DNA of 59,498 nt, filler included, from Sphacelaria rigidula (taxonomy: Eukaryota), in NCBI GenBank assembly GCA_964200075.2. It is 8 parts of 8 records of this genome, joined end to end, with 100 filler letters (N's around TTAATTAATTAA, not from the genome) between each part and the next. Parts side by side here need not be neighbours in the genome. Positions count along the whole stretch, not along the records: positions 29,802 to 37,151 come from CAXNAA020015299.1; positions 37,252 to 44,600 come from CAXNAA020015300.1; positions 44,701 to 52,049 come from CAXNAA020015301.1; 5 more parts are not named here. One strand, written 5' to 3'. The notes under the pieces were generated by a model, which was given only the letters and a program-made list of their open reading frames with translations, was not told where the DNA came from and did not search any database. A program made the translations under genes and the position numbers. Below, piece after piece: positions 36,897 to 48,578 of the stretch. Position 1 is the stretch's first letter, and the number at the start of each line of letters is the position of its first letter.

Positions 36897-37151
36897 CTAA
36901 AATGATTGAATGAAAAAAACAACAGACAACAAGCAGCACCAGGGAGGGTGTACTCATGATCATGCATGCCATAGTCATGAGACCATTGTTCTCGCATCTT
37001 GCATTGGGATGACAGCCTACAATGAGTTGCTTTATTTCCTGGTATTACCACTTCCTGAGACAGCCACGGCTTGTACACTGCCTCATGGGTGTCTCACCAT
37101 GAGGCGGGGGGGGGGGGGGCGGTAGTGTAGATCTTGTTGGCCGCTGTAACA

Positions 37152-37251
37152 NNNNNNNNNNNNNNNNNNNNNNNNNNNNNNNNNNNNNNNNNNNNTTAAT
37201 TAATTAANNNNNNNNNNNNNNNNNNNNNNNNNNNNNNNNNNNNNNNNNNNN
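37152..37251. other. Artificial contig spacer
   Basis: N44-TTAATTAATTAA-N44. Confidence 0.98.
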
Positions 37252-37283
37252 CCGTTGCCCCCCGCGCCGCCCGCTCGGGGCCG

Positions 37284-37322
<39 letters not shown>

Positions 37323-37559
37323 ATGGTTATCCAACGACGCTACGGCACAAGACAAGCCATTCGAACATGATACGCTACGCAAGATGAGTGGGGAAGCAGA
37401 CTCGGATGTGGCATCATGAGCCTTCTGCCTCCCAAGCGGTGTCCGTGTTGCGTAGAACGGCTGTGTGGAGATTGCCTTGGTCGTGCCGTGGGAGGTACCA
37501 GGATCCTCTGCGAGTGGTCGGCACCTCGGTGTAGTAGGCATTATCCAAGCGAATCTTAA

Positions 37560-40500
37560 GGGGGCTCGGACCATCGAGGAAACGAATAAAGTAGGAGTTG
37601 TCAGATGCATGACGTTGTTCGTGTGAACAGACCGCATGTATTGTGAACGCGAGAAAAGGCTATACCCTGTCACAAGAAAACGCGCCGAGTGCTCTCGTGC
37701 CAGTTCCCCAGCGGCAGCTCCCGTGCGCATCGACCTATATTTCTTATTCAATGGGCGATGTTGGACGGCATCTCCTGTCCAGTATAGCAATATTTCCCGA
37801 CGAAAGTGACGTACGTCGATCTCACGCTCCCATGTAACACGCCCGATACCCTTCCAATGAGTCTGGTACATAGAGCTATTTGACCTCCTCGACCTCGGAT
37901 TAATTGATGGCCCGAGCTGCGATCTACCACCACGCGCTCAAGGCGGCCGTTGGCATCTTCAACCGTCATGTGATACGGGGGGCTTTGGCCGCATAGTTGG
38001 TCAACACGTACTGACTGAGACCCATTGGCAATTGTTTGGGCATGTCGGATGCATCATGCGACTGCAGACACGGTTTACACCTTAGCATCGATACTCGGGT
38101 TTTGAGTTTGATGCCAGGTCCATCAGTGGGAAAATCCGAATACGAAATTTCTCGCCTACCGGACTATTGTCGGGTGCGGCATCACAAGGTCCTACCGCCG
38201 AGATTTTCCAGGGGCCAGTCCAATTCAAGGATAGTTTCGACTTCAACACCTTATCCAACGACGACTTGTTGGAGCTAGCCCGCCGAGTTACGGTCTTCAC
38301 ACCATTGTACACCCATGCCCATTGATCTACCTTCCACACCGGACGGTTGTTGACCGCATCATCCAACACAGTATTTGCCCTGGCTACCTTCGCTGCGTTG
38401 ATTTGGTTCTGCTCGCGTACCGCCTCATACGCAAGACGAAGACGATTACTAACATAAATATGGTACTTCGCGATATCCCTATCCACACTTTGATGGCCCC
38501 GGTAAGGTTTCCGTTCGAACACCCTCAGTGACAATCTGGGTGAACTTCATTGCAAGCCAATCCCGTTGCGGCATTGACTGACTTGTTGTAGTTCATCTGA
38601 ATAAGGGGCAAATGCAAGTCCCAGTCCGGTTGTCGTTCGTTGGTTACCGTTGTAAGCATTTGAGCCATCGTATGGTTCACTCGTTCGGTCCCATCGTTTG
38701 TGGACGGATGGTATGAACTTGTAAATATACGATGGGCACCCAGGAGGCTACTGATCGTAGCAGGAAGTTTTCCGGCGAAATGCGGGCCATTATCGGACAA
38801 CAATCGTTTGGGCACACCCCACTGCGGAATGTACGTGTATACAAGAATGTTGGCGGTACTTCCCGCGTTATAGCTACTGGCAGGGGCGGCGTGTATCACC
38901 GCATGACTGCTGCCGAGATAGCCCCCCCCCAAACGGCCAAAAACGTGCACGGAGGCGATGATCATAAATGCCGTGAGAGCTGGTGTTGTTCTGCACGACG
39001 CGACTCATTTGAGCGCTATAGCTGATTTTGGACTGCTACACGCCTCTCATGTGGGTGGAATTTCTGCAAACGAGCCCAATAGTAGGATCGCAGCCGGTTT
39101 GTCGGCTGGTCTCCGGTGCACTTTTCGTGGAGGGACTATCTCGGCATTAGTCGCATGTCGGCTAAATCTATCTGTAAACAACAAAATATACTGATGGCCA
39201 CTATCCGTCAGGGGCAAGGGGCCAAAATAGTTCCACAAAACTACTTCAGCAGGCCCGTTTGGGAGTGGCATGGAAACAATCGGCCAAGGAAGTGTTTGTC
39301 GTGAAGTTTTTCGCGTCTGACACAAAAGACAACGCCTCACCCACCAACGTACACACTAACCCATACAAATCCACCAATAATTACGCTCAAGCATCTGGGA
39401 GGTCCGAGGAACTTCTAGATGTGTCGATGCTTGCGAATGAAACTCATGGAGAACCCATGGGCGTAGCAGCATCGGCACATAAATTCGTGTGGAGTCATCA
39501 CCTAACAAGCAGGCATGTTTACTGGTAGGTTTACCCATATTAAGGGGCGCTATGGGCCGGCAAACTAAGAGAACGACACCGTCATCATCCGTATACCTTT
39601 CCGCGATAATTCAGTAACTTCATCCTGTGTGGGGGCCTTGTAGTTCCCGACGGGCAAAAGGAATTCGGTTGCTGGAAAAGGATACGGGCAGCCTTTGGAT
39701 AGATAATGCATAGCCACTCTACAAGTAGGTTCAGTTTGGGAGAGAAGGGTCAAACGTTCCTCAAATACACCATCCGACGGGTTGTCCAAAATGAAGGGGT
39801 TCGTGTCACGGTGGTATTGACTCAAATCAGGGATATTTGGATCATGCGCGGAGGGATCAGTTAGTGTACTTTCAAGCGGAACATTGTCTTCGAATTCTAC
39901 GTCGGCTAGCGCACCGGATAATGGGGCATCAGTGGATACAGCATCACCGGGGAAGGGGGGCAAAGCCGAGGCTTCGGATATGGTAGGAAGGGGTGCCGTG
40001 GATGGAGTCGATTTTCTGGGGGCCTTGCGCCGCGGTGGTTGAGGGGGGGCAAGAAAAGTATCGGGCACCGGGATGGGGCTTGGGATGGGAATGTCCGGGC
40101 CAGAGGCCGCCGTTTTCGGCGGCCCGTCGTCCCCGGGTTCTACTTGAGATGAGAGTTCGCACTTGAAGCGGGAGGACGAAGTGAGCACAAGACGGTTCTA
40201 TATCTGCAGCACAAACCATACGATGACCAGTTGCACGGAAATGATCATACCCGCTCGGGTTTGTACTAGCTCCACTCCAAACTGAACGCAACGATTTTGG
40301 TGGCATACTGCCTAGTACAGAAGTGTGAGCTGAAGCCGTCAGCCCATCCATGTCAAGTGACGAGCTGTTGTTCAGTGAGAGTGGTGTGTAGATTCCGCTA
40401 TGACCGTTTCTGCTCATGAAATATGCACTGTCTTCTGTGGGATCCGTGATACGTCCCAAGGCAGAGCTGTCGATGGGTTGGGATGGGATGGGCAAGCGAG

Positions 40501-43500
40501 ACAGAAAATCAGCGTTTGAGTTTTGAGGTCCTGTTCGATACTTCAGTGTGAAGTTACAAGAAGACAGGATTTCAAACCAGCGTTGGACCCGGGCGTTGTG
40601 TTCCGCCATTTTGGCAAGGTTTTTCAAAGACTTATGATCTGGGTAAATCACGAACGGAATGTCATACAAGTACTGACGGAGACGTTGCACTCCCCAAACA
40701 ATCGCACCGGCCTCTTGCTTCATGACCGGCTATTTTGTTTCGTTTGGGTAGGTGGCTCGACTCAAATATACAATGGGGCGAATATTAGCATCTGGTTGTT
40801 CCTGCTCCAACGTGCAGCCAAACCCAATTTTAGAGGAATCCGTGTGAAGTCGGAATGAACGTGAACCATTTTCAGCGGCCGACCAGTCTGGGAAAACCAA
40901 GATTGCTGGTCGCGAGAGGGTGTCAAGTAGTTGACGTACTATTTTCTCCATTCCCGAGGTGAACGCGAATGTCTCCCCTTTCTTGAGAAGGGAGGTGGGA
41001 GGTTTGAGGGTTTGGGCTAGGTTCAGCAAATACTGTCGGTAGTAGCTCCAACCGCCGAGCAAGGAGCGCAGTTGAGATGTATCCCGTGGCATGGGCATAT
41101 CTGTAAGTGCGGCAACCTTGTTGAGGTTTGGACAACGACCTTCAGCAGTGATACAGTAGCCCAGGAATTCGATGCTAGTCGCTCCAATGCGGGATTTGGA
41201 CGGGACAAGTTTCAAGTTGTGTTGTTCGAAGCGAGCGAGGAAAGATGCCAAGTACTCGGCGGGTTCGGAAGGGGTGCTTCCGTGTATGACCGCGTCATCG
41301 AGGTACATATGGCACTTGGACAATCCATCTGTCACGAAACATCACACGTTGAAATGCCCCGGGGGCGCCTGCGCCACCTTGTGGTGTTACCAACTATTCG
41401 TACAGGCCTGACGGTGTGCAAAACGCCGTCAGTTCTATAGATTGCGGATCCATCACAAGTTGGTGGTAGCTGGACTGCTTGTCAAAGTTCGGAAACACTT
41501 CACCCCGCCGAGAGAGTCAATGATTTCATCTATCCGGGGAAGAGGTAGACGTGCGATTTTGGTGATTGCGTTCAATCGTTGGTAATTGACCGTCAGTCTG
41601 ATCATACCGTTCTTCTTCCGGACGACAACAAGCGGCGAGGCCCACGGGGACGTTGAGTGCCGTAATAAACCGGCGGATAAGTATCCGTCGAGGATGACCT
41701 GAATTTTATCCGCGAAGAGGGGGTTTGTACGGTGCGGACGCGTAGCGATAGGTGGTGTTCCATCAGGAACTTTGATTTTGGACGGTATATTGGTGCAACG
41801 GCCTAGGTCTAGGGGCGCTTTGGAAAAGCATGCAGAATATCTTATCAAATGGCGCGGCGCCTATCGATCACCGTGGGAGTCCAACTCTCACCAGATAGAT
41901 CAAAAGCAATGTGTCGCAAATGTGGGGGGATATCGTCTCATAAACGTTGGAAACTAACACGTTGCTCTGGCGATAATCTATTTAGCAATGCACTTGGTTC
42001 GGGTCAGGTGCGTTAGGTGCATCGTCCACTACCATCGGGCAAGGTTTGTATAACGGCGGAGAGTTCGCGTTGATCGAGGTGTCTGGTGGCATCTTCCGTT
42101 CGGTTGCCAGACACACGTTTGACAAGCCTGTCCGTAGGAGGGGCGCCTGAGCAAAACCTAGCAACTGACCGGGGAGTATATCGAAACATGCAGAGGACAT
42201 GAGAGGAATGGATTCTCTACCTTCGTGAATGAATACTTCGGTCTGGTCGAAGGCGCCTACATCATCAGCCGGTTAATTGGGGTTGATGAGTTCGACCAAG
42301 TATTGCCCAGGGAGGGTAGGGGATCCGTTCCGTCTCACAAGGTACACATGTGTGAGTTGGGGTTCAAGGGATAAGGAGGTATTCGCCAACATAGTACAGT
42401 CGGAAAGCATCACCTGTTTGTGTTGGATCATCAACATAGGCATGCGCCCCAGAAGCAGTGTCGTGATATCCCAATTTCAACCTGCCAGTCTTGGGATAGC
42501 GCGAAACAGGTGTGTCTGACGTGTATACATGAGTAGAAATCCGTGGCCAACTATCCCGCACTAGAAAAACATCAACCGAGATGGAACCATCGGGCACTAC
42601 GAGAGCCCGTACGGATAATCGCGCAGTCGGACCCGTGTCATCGAAAAATTGCACACTAATTATTACTGATCGATCAACCGTAAGTGAAGTGGAAGCACCT
42701 AACCCGCCAAAAACACGGGGGGAAACCGTAGAAACGCAATACGTGTCCGCAGCCCCCGCGTTGATCATTCGTTGCCAGCAGCTGGCGGTGGTGAACGTTT
42801 GAGGCGAGCCTGAACCGGGCAACGCAACAGCTAATAAAGGGCATGTTGCATGCATTCCACTCTGTACATCGACTTTTGTTGTGAAGGGAGCATCATCCCT
42901 GATTGCAGTACCGCTGACTAGATCCGGGCCAAATTCTGACAAGAAATCTGTGGACAAACCGTGCTTGTGATTGTGAGCGGCTGTGCTGAAATATACACGC
43001 TGATGATCCTTTGGAGCAAGATTTATGCCCGAAGATGGGTTGGGGCACGGAGTGTCGGTCGCAGTTGGTGGAGGATCTGTCGAGTGCTGAATTTCGATGC
43101 CTGGGAAGGGCAGTTGTCGTGGCTGGCCGCGACAACTGGTGGGGTTGGTTTGAAAGACCTCGGTCGGCCGCAACAAGTAGCGAAGCGTCTGTTTGCGAAG
43201 ATGGCGAAGGTACAGCATGAAGTGGGGAGAAACAAGGGGAAGTTTCGTCAAAAGGTGAAGGCGATTTGGCTACAGTTGTCAGTTCGCTACCCGTATTAGT
43301 TGGGGAAGACGTTGGTAAAATAGGGGACGAGCGGTCAAGCGTGGACGGCTCGTCGGTCATTACGCCACGTTTTCCTTGTGATGAAGAACTAGACGGGGGG
43401 TTTTCATGGCAAGGAGGCGAACGTTCAATTGGCAGCGAGGTATCTGACCCAACAGATGAAAACGCTGTTTTAGAGGTGGGTTCTACCATAGTGTGTGCGG

Positions 43501-44250
43501 GGTCGACAGGGAGCAGTGTTGATCTGTTCGAAATCTGGGAAACACCGGCCTGGTCGACAGAATCGTTTTCATCTTATGAAACCCACACCCGTTCACGATT
43601 TCGGTGGACGGGTGCAACTGTATCTTCATGAATATCTACAGGATCATCCGGAGGAGCCCGCCGAGGGTGACGCATATAGCGTACCAAAAGTTCGGCTGCT
43701 CCAGGGGCTATTGGGGAGTAGTCAAGGACAGTCCGCCCTCGGTCACGCTCGTGGCGCTCCACCGGTGCTGTCACTTGGGGTTCCTTCCCAACCCGCTGAG
43801 CGACGGAAAGCCAGGGTTCGACACGGTTGCGCTTCGTGTTCAAAAAATTACACACCAAATAAAAGGGGACCGGGCATCGACGTCATTCCGTTCGTGGGTG
43901 TAACAGGGGTCGGCTTGGGACCTAAGCATGTTTGGGGGCCCGTGTGTGGCCTTGATTTTATTGTCCCACGATGAACGGTCGCAGGGGCAACAGCTACCGC
44001 GACAAAAGATGTACCTCCTTGGGAGGCGGGAGGTGTTACACTACATGACTGCCGATCCCGCGAGGAGAAAGGATCCAACTGGCTATGATTAATACCACTT
44101 GGAGGTGAAACTAGGTGATCAGCTCTAAGATTCAAACACCGGGGTTGGTCATTCCGCAATTGGGAGTCATGCAACGATGCAAGGGATTCTGCTGCCATGG
44201 AACGCATCATGACAGTCTGGTCGAGCCCAGTGTACCCGCACCACAAACCT
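37560..44250 (-). mobile_element. Ty3/Gypsy LTR retrotransposon internal region, decayed; LTRs not recognised; boundaries approximate
   Basis: PR-RT-RH-IN order: degenerate protease (ALPGSGS, ~42820); RT WASPLVVVRKK..IRLTVNYQRLN and MYLDD; RNase H LHTDSSKIGFG..EAGAIVWG..PDHKSL..NADFLSR; integrase CLLCQ..FTDRFSRH..LLSDNG..TERVNHT..WTGPWKI; chromodomain-like tail YQTHWKG..TWERE. Confidence 0.92.
38905..39152. mobile_element. GAC-ended MITE (family A), 248 bp, TSD GCAT, inserted in the Gypsy integrase core
   Basis: TIRs GACTGCTGCCGAGATAGCCCC and (revcomp) GACTAATGCCGAGATAGTCCC; removing the element and one GCAT restores in-frame FTDRFSRHAVIHAA. Confidence 0.92.
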
Positions 44251-44600
44251 CAACCTCTGCCGTACGACATTGATTCAGTTCTGTGATGTGTGTCTACTGG
44301 CCGAGCGAAAGAAAAGGGGGGGGGCACTTCCAATCCTTGGTTCCCTAATGTGGGCCTGTGGCAGACAATGAGAAGTGAACGCGAAGTGTATTCAAAACGG
44401 GCAGAGGACGACGGCCTAATTTTGAAGCAGTGGTGCACTCTGAATCGTTCCACTGTATGCTTATTTGAAAACGCGGGGTTTGGTAGTTTTCAAAACATCG
44501 TCCAGTGGCGCGTGTAGCAGTGGAGTGGGGGGGGGGGGCGTACTCATTTGTTGCTTGCCTTGATCGTTTGGCCATTGACCACGCATCCCTTTCGAGACGG

Positions 44601-44700
44601 NNNNNNNNNNNNNNNNNNNNNNNNNNNNNNNNNNNNNNNNNNNNTTAATTAATTAANNNNNNNNNNNNNNNNNNNNNNNNNNNNNNNNNNNNNNNNNNNN
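44601..44700. other. Artificial contig spacer
   Basis: N44-TTAATTAATTAA-N44. Confidence 0.98.
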
Positions 44701-44759
44701 TAACATGTTTTTCATCCGTTTTTTTTCGAGTCCCGGGTGCCAACGGCCCCCCCGGACGA

Positions 44760-44890
44760 CATGCGTGAAAAATCCGGAGCAAAAACGGTCAACATGGCGT
44801 GTTTGGCTGTTTTCGCGCTCCTGGCCATTTTCCGTACCTTTCCTCGGCAAAAAACGAGAAGGTATACCTTTTCTAGGCCATTTCCATGCG
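44760..44890 (+). repeat. Unclassified interspersed repeat shared with 56255-56375
   Basis: CGGAGCAAAA.CGG...GGCAAAA.ACGAGAAGGTATACCTTTTCTAGGCCATT present in both contigs. Confidence 0.65.
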
Positions 44891-45829
44891 CGAATCCCGG
44901 ACGGAATAGACGAGGCTCCCAGAGATATGGCCAACGGCAGAGGGTTGGTATCGCATGGGCTACCTGCTGAGCTCCTCGAGCTTCGACTCGCCGGGACGGG
45001 GCTTCGGGAATACTGAACGAATTCCACAGCATCACCACTACTGTACGAACGACTGGCGAGGTACCGAAGTGTTGTTCCTTTTCAATATTATGGAGGCATT
45101 TCACAGCGATTTTAATTCAATAATTCGCGGCGTCAATTGGAGGCAGTCATGCTCCAAGGCCTAAAATATGCTGAGACTAACGGGGCAGATGTCCTTGGAA
45201 GAGAGGTGTCCACATCGGCACGGATACCTGGCGCTACAGACTTGCGCCGTCGCATTTGGTAGCCGGATGGGTTTGCATGCATATCACTGCGGAAGGGGGA
45301 AGGGTTCATTGCACACTGTGTATCCCGTCACAGCAAAATCCGGCGAAGTTGACACTGTGTGCTCCTAGTGGCAGTACAACGAGTACTGTAGTACTACTGA
45401 CTGTACGATGCGAATCGCGCCTCGGCAGGGCTATAGAATACCCGCGATCCATCCGCGAAACCTTCTCAAAATTGCAATTCGCACTCGGTCCTATTCTGGA
45501 ACCAGGTGAAAACTCCGCAAAGGAGCGATCACGCGCCTGTCAGAGACAAGGTAAATATCTTCACGTGGGAACATGCGCCGCAAGCATATCCGGTTGATAC
45601 AGATAGAAGAAAACTACAGCAACCGCCCCTGTCATTCTCAGACTGCCGTGGTAACCGCCATGCTAAGTCTGGCACTTGTGAAGGAGGAGACGTTGTTGTC
45701 CCCTTCCCGAATAGGTCCGCAGTGGTCCTTGCCAGAAGACACTCGTCTCTTTGACTGCGCTGTGCAGCCGCGTCTTGCTCGACATATGAAACCCAAGGCC
45801 ATCTTCCTCTAACATATGGAGAAGCTTAA

Positions 45830-46061
45830 CCCTTTTGGAACTCGCGATAAACAGTACAAACTTCCATATGCGAGCTTTCGTCGCCTGGAAAACGCCACTT
45901 TGACTTTGGTGCACGAATCTGTCACATCAGTATATTTGGACTTAGAGTGGTACACCGTTTTGGTGGGCTGCATCATCAACAATTGTAGAAAAACAACCAT
46001 ATCTTGCCCAAGAAGACGCCAATTGTAAATCCTCATTTTCCCATCACCAGTTCCAAAAGGG
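45830..46061. mobile_element. piggyBac-type MITE, 232 bp
   Basis: Perfect 13-bp TIR CCCTTTTGGAACT...AGTTCCAAAAGGG with TTAA on both sides. Confidence 0.88.
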
Positions 46062-46399
46062 TTAACTGGTGGTTATTTCTCGTCTTGGTGCCAACCTTGA
46101 GCGACAGGGTGCCGAAGTATACAACAAGGATGGCAAGATACCCCTGCCTCCGCACGGATTTTTATATCGTAACCCTCTAGAATTGGCATCAGAAAGCGTT
46201 CCTAGTTCTCGGAATCACCGCAGAATCGTGTATAAGCATTCTCTCAACCCACGCAGCGCACAAAACGCCTTGAGTCGCCGAAACTACTGCGTCAACACCT
46301 ACCTGCGGCTTTAACCCACACATACGTCAACTTTCAGCATCATCAGACGCCAGGTGTGCTGTGTTGGGGCGCCTGATCACCAAAAATATCGCCTCCATA

Positions 46400-47570
46400 T
46401 TATTCTTGAAAAGGTAAAACACTGACCGTAGCAGTGGAAGGACGCCACCATCAGGGTGCAACACAAGACCGAGCACAGGACCTAGAATGGTGACTACAGA
46501 GACACCTTCCTCGTGCACATACGGGTGAAGTTCTACATAGCGTCGCCGTAGCTAACGGGCTCCGCAGTTTCTGCCAGGACGGCTGAGATTATCCCGGAAG
46601 AATAGTGCGGATGCCGGCGCCAACGACCGACCATCGGTATGATGTTTGTAGTTCGCCGACTGCAGGAGAAGGGACGGGCGAGCAATAGCCCACTGAATAT
46701 GTTATTTCTCTACCTCCGATGGGGCGTACGACTTCGTCGTGGACCGCACGCTCGTAGGAGGTGCTTGCCCGCTTCGGAGTCCCGCCGCAGATGATCAAGG
46801 TCATTCGTATACTATATCCCACAATGGCATGCCGGCTCAGGTACCAAGTGAATGATGGCGAGCTAATCAGAGCGGCTCCACGCCTGCCAGGGACTCAGGG
46901 AAGGATGCATTTTGTTCCCGCTGCTTTTTAGCACCTTCGGCGCAGCCGTTGTCGACATGTATTAATACTACAGCAACGTTTCGTGGCAGACCTAGCCATC
47001 GTCTCGAATGACGGGCCGGACAACGAGAATCGTTACCCCAGGTGTTGCATAGGGTGCGACGCGCGGTGTGGGGAAGGCTCTTGGAGGATGACGCACGTGC
47101 AGTCTCGAGGTCCCCAGGCGAGCTTGCTAGGTTTTACGGTTATGATAATAGCGGTCTGTCAGGAGTCCGGACAAACGATATCGGAAAAGACGATGGAGAC
47201 CATGTTGTCTGTGGTCAGTACCCAGCTCCCGAGAGACCGCACTGCGCATCCAGGCGGCAGGTTAACGGTACAAGTAGACAGCCTAGTTTGCCGACCCTAG
47301 TGATGTTGTCAGCGAAGATAATAATACTTCCATCGAAATAACGCCCCGCATCAGCTCTCGGTGGCCATGTGTTCGCAAGGACAGCTCCCCCCTCCACCAT
47401 CGATCCAATGCCCAGCTGTGGTTCACCGTCCCGTTGCTCAAAGCGGAGATGGTGAAGACTCATCCTGCTTGGGTGTGCGCTACGTGGACGGTGCGCCCAA
47501 AGGACTTCTACAGCCTGCGCACTACGCACCGCAAGCCCTTACTGCCACAAGCAAGGGGCTGCTATGTTGA
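46400..47570 (+). mobile_element. Highly decayed RTE-like LINE RT remnant
   Basis: VLARFGVPPQMIKVIR, GLREGCILFPLLFSTF and LLKAEMVKT..GCATWT-like pieces, colinear with the LINE at 15771-18870. Confidence 0.7.
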
Positions 47571-47739
47571 GAGCCGCCGATAGGGAAGCCGCCGCCGCTG
47601 GCGCAACAGCAGCAGCAGCAGCAGGTGCATCACTTTTGACATTCTCATGTGTGACCCCGCCAAAATTTACGGACACAGTACGACGCACACTACAGTTTGA
47701 AATTTCATGTGAGTGCATCAAAATATACCAAACCATCCA

Positions 47740-48054
47740 TACACATATGATGACGTCAACGTCAAATGATAACATCGTGACGCCATGATCATCATACGGT
47801 AGGGCGGTAACATCACAGAAGACTTATGAGCATGTCATCATGAAACCATCAACGACGTCATCATTCTTGACATCATATGTACAGGAATTGGTCGACCACC
47901 ACGACGTGATTTGTAGAACCATCCATCATTTTTCCAACGAACTATCGGCTCATTTTTTCCCTGCATCATCGGGCCGTAGTCATCGTGAGCATACATGCAC
48001 ACCATCGATCATTATGACATCATCATGGAAAATATATGCATATCATTATGACAC

Positions 48055-48086
<32 letters not shown>

Positions 48087-48303
48087 CCATCACCATCATG
48101 GGCATACCACACTGACGTCATCGTGACACAGCATCGCCATGACGAGAACTGTAAATATACCCATCATTTTTCAACACCCGTCGGCTTCGATGGCGTCATG
48201 ATAAGTAAACATACCGCCGTCACGATACCATCATGAGCATGAATGCCACCATGATGACATCATCATGACCTCATCACGAGCCAGTGGGCGTGAATCATAT
48301 CAT
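47740..48303. repeat. CATCATGA/GACGTCA-rich low-complexity repeat including a (CAT)n tract; similar patch at 48900-48960
   Basis: Dense CATCAT, CATGA and GACGTC words; (CAT)n at ~48055-48100. Confidence 0.65.
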
Positions 48304-48307
48304 CACG

Positions 48308-48556
48308 GACATTTTCTACGATAGCCCCCCCTCCAAAAAGTGCCTGGTTTGAGGAGGCAAAATTTTCACGTTAATCGAAATGGAAAGAGTCGAGCACAAC
48401 GAGCAGCTGGGAATTCCCACGCTTGGGTTCGTTCTCGCAAATGTCGCCCATATGAGGCGCTTCATGCAGCCGAAACACAAACATCAGGCACTGTATGACC
48501 ATTTTTTTCGTGACACTTTTGAGCTGGTTTTGGGGAGGCCTATCGTAGAACGTGTC
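48308..48556 (+). mobile_element. GAC-ended MITE (family B), 249 bp, TSD CACG
   Basis: GACATTTTCTACGATAGCCCCCC...GGCCTATCGTAGAACGTGTC with CACG on both sides; homologous to 20513-20758. Confidence 0.88.
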
Positions 48557-48578
48557 CACGGCTGAAACATACTTGACT

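Noticed and set aside
39565..40188. Pro-rich 207-aa ORF as a captured gene
   Set aside because: It lies on the same strand between RNase H and integrase of the Gypsy pol and is best read as a frameshifted linker.
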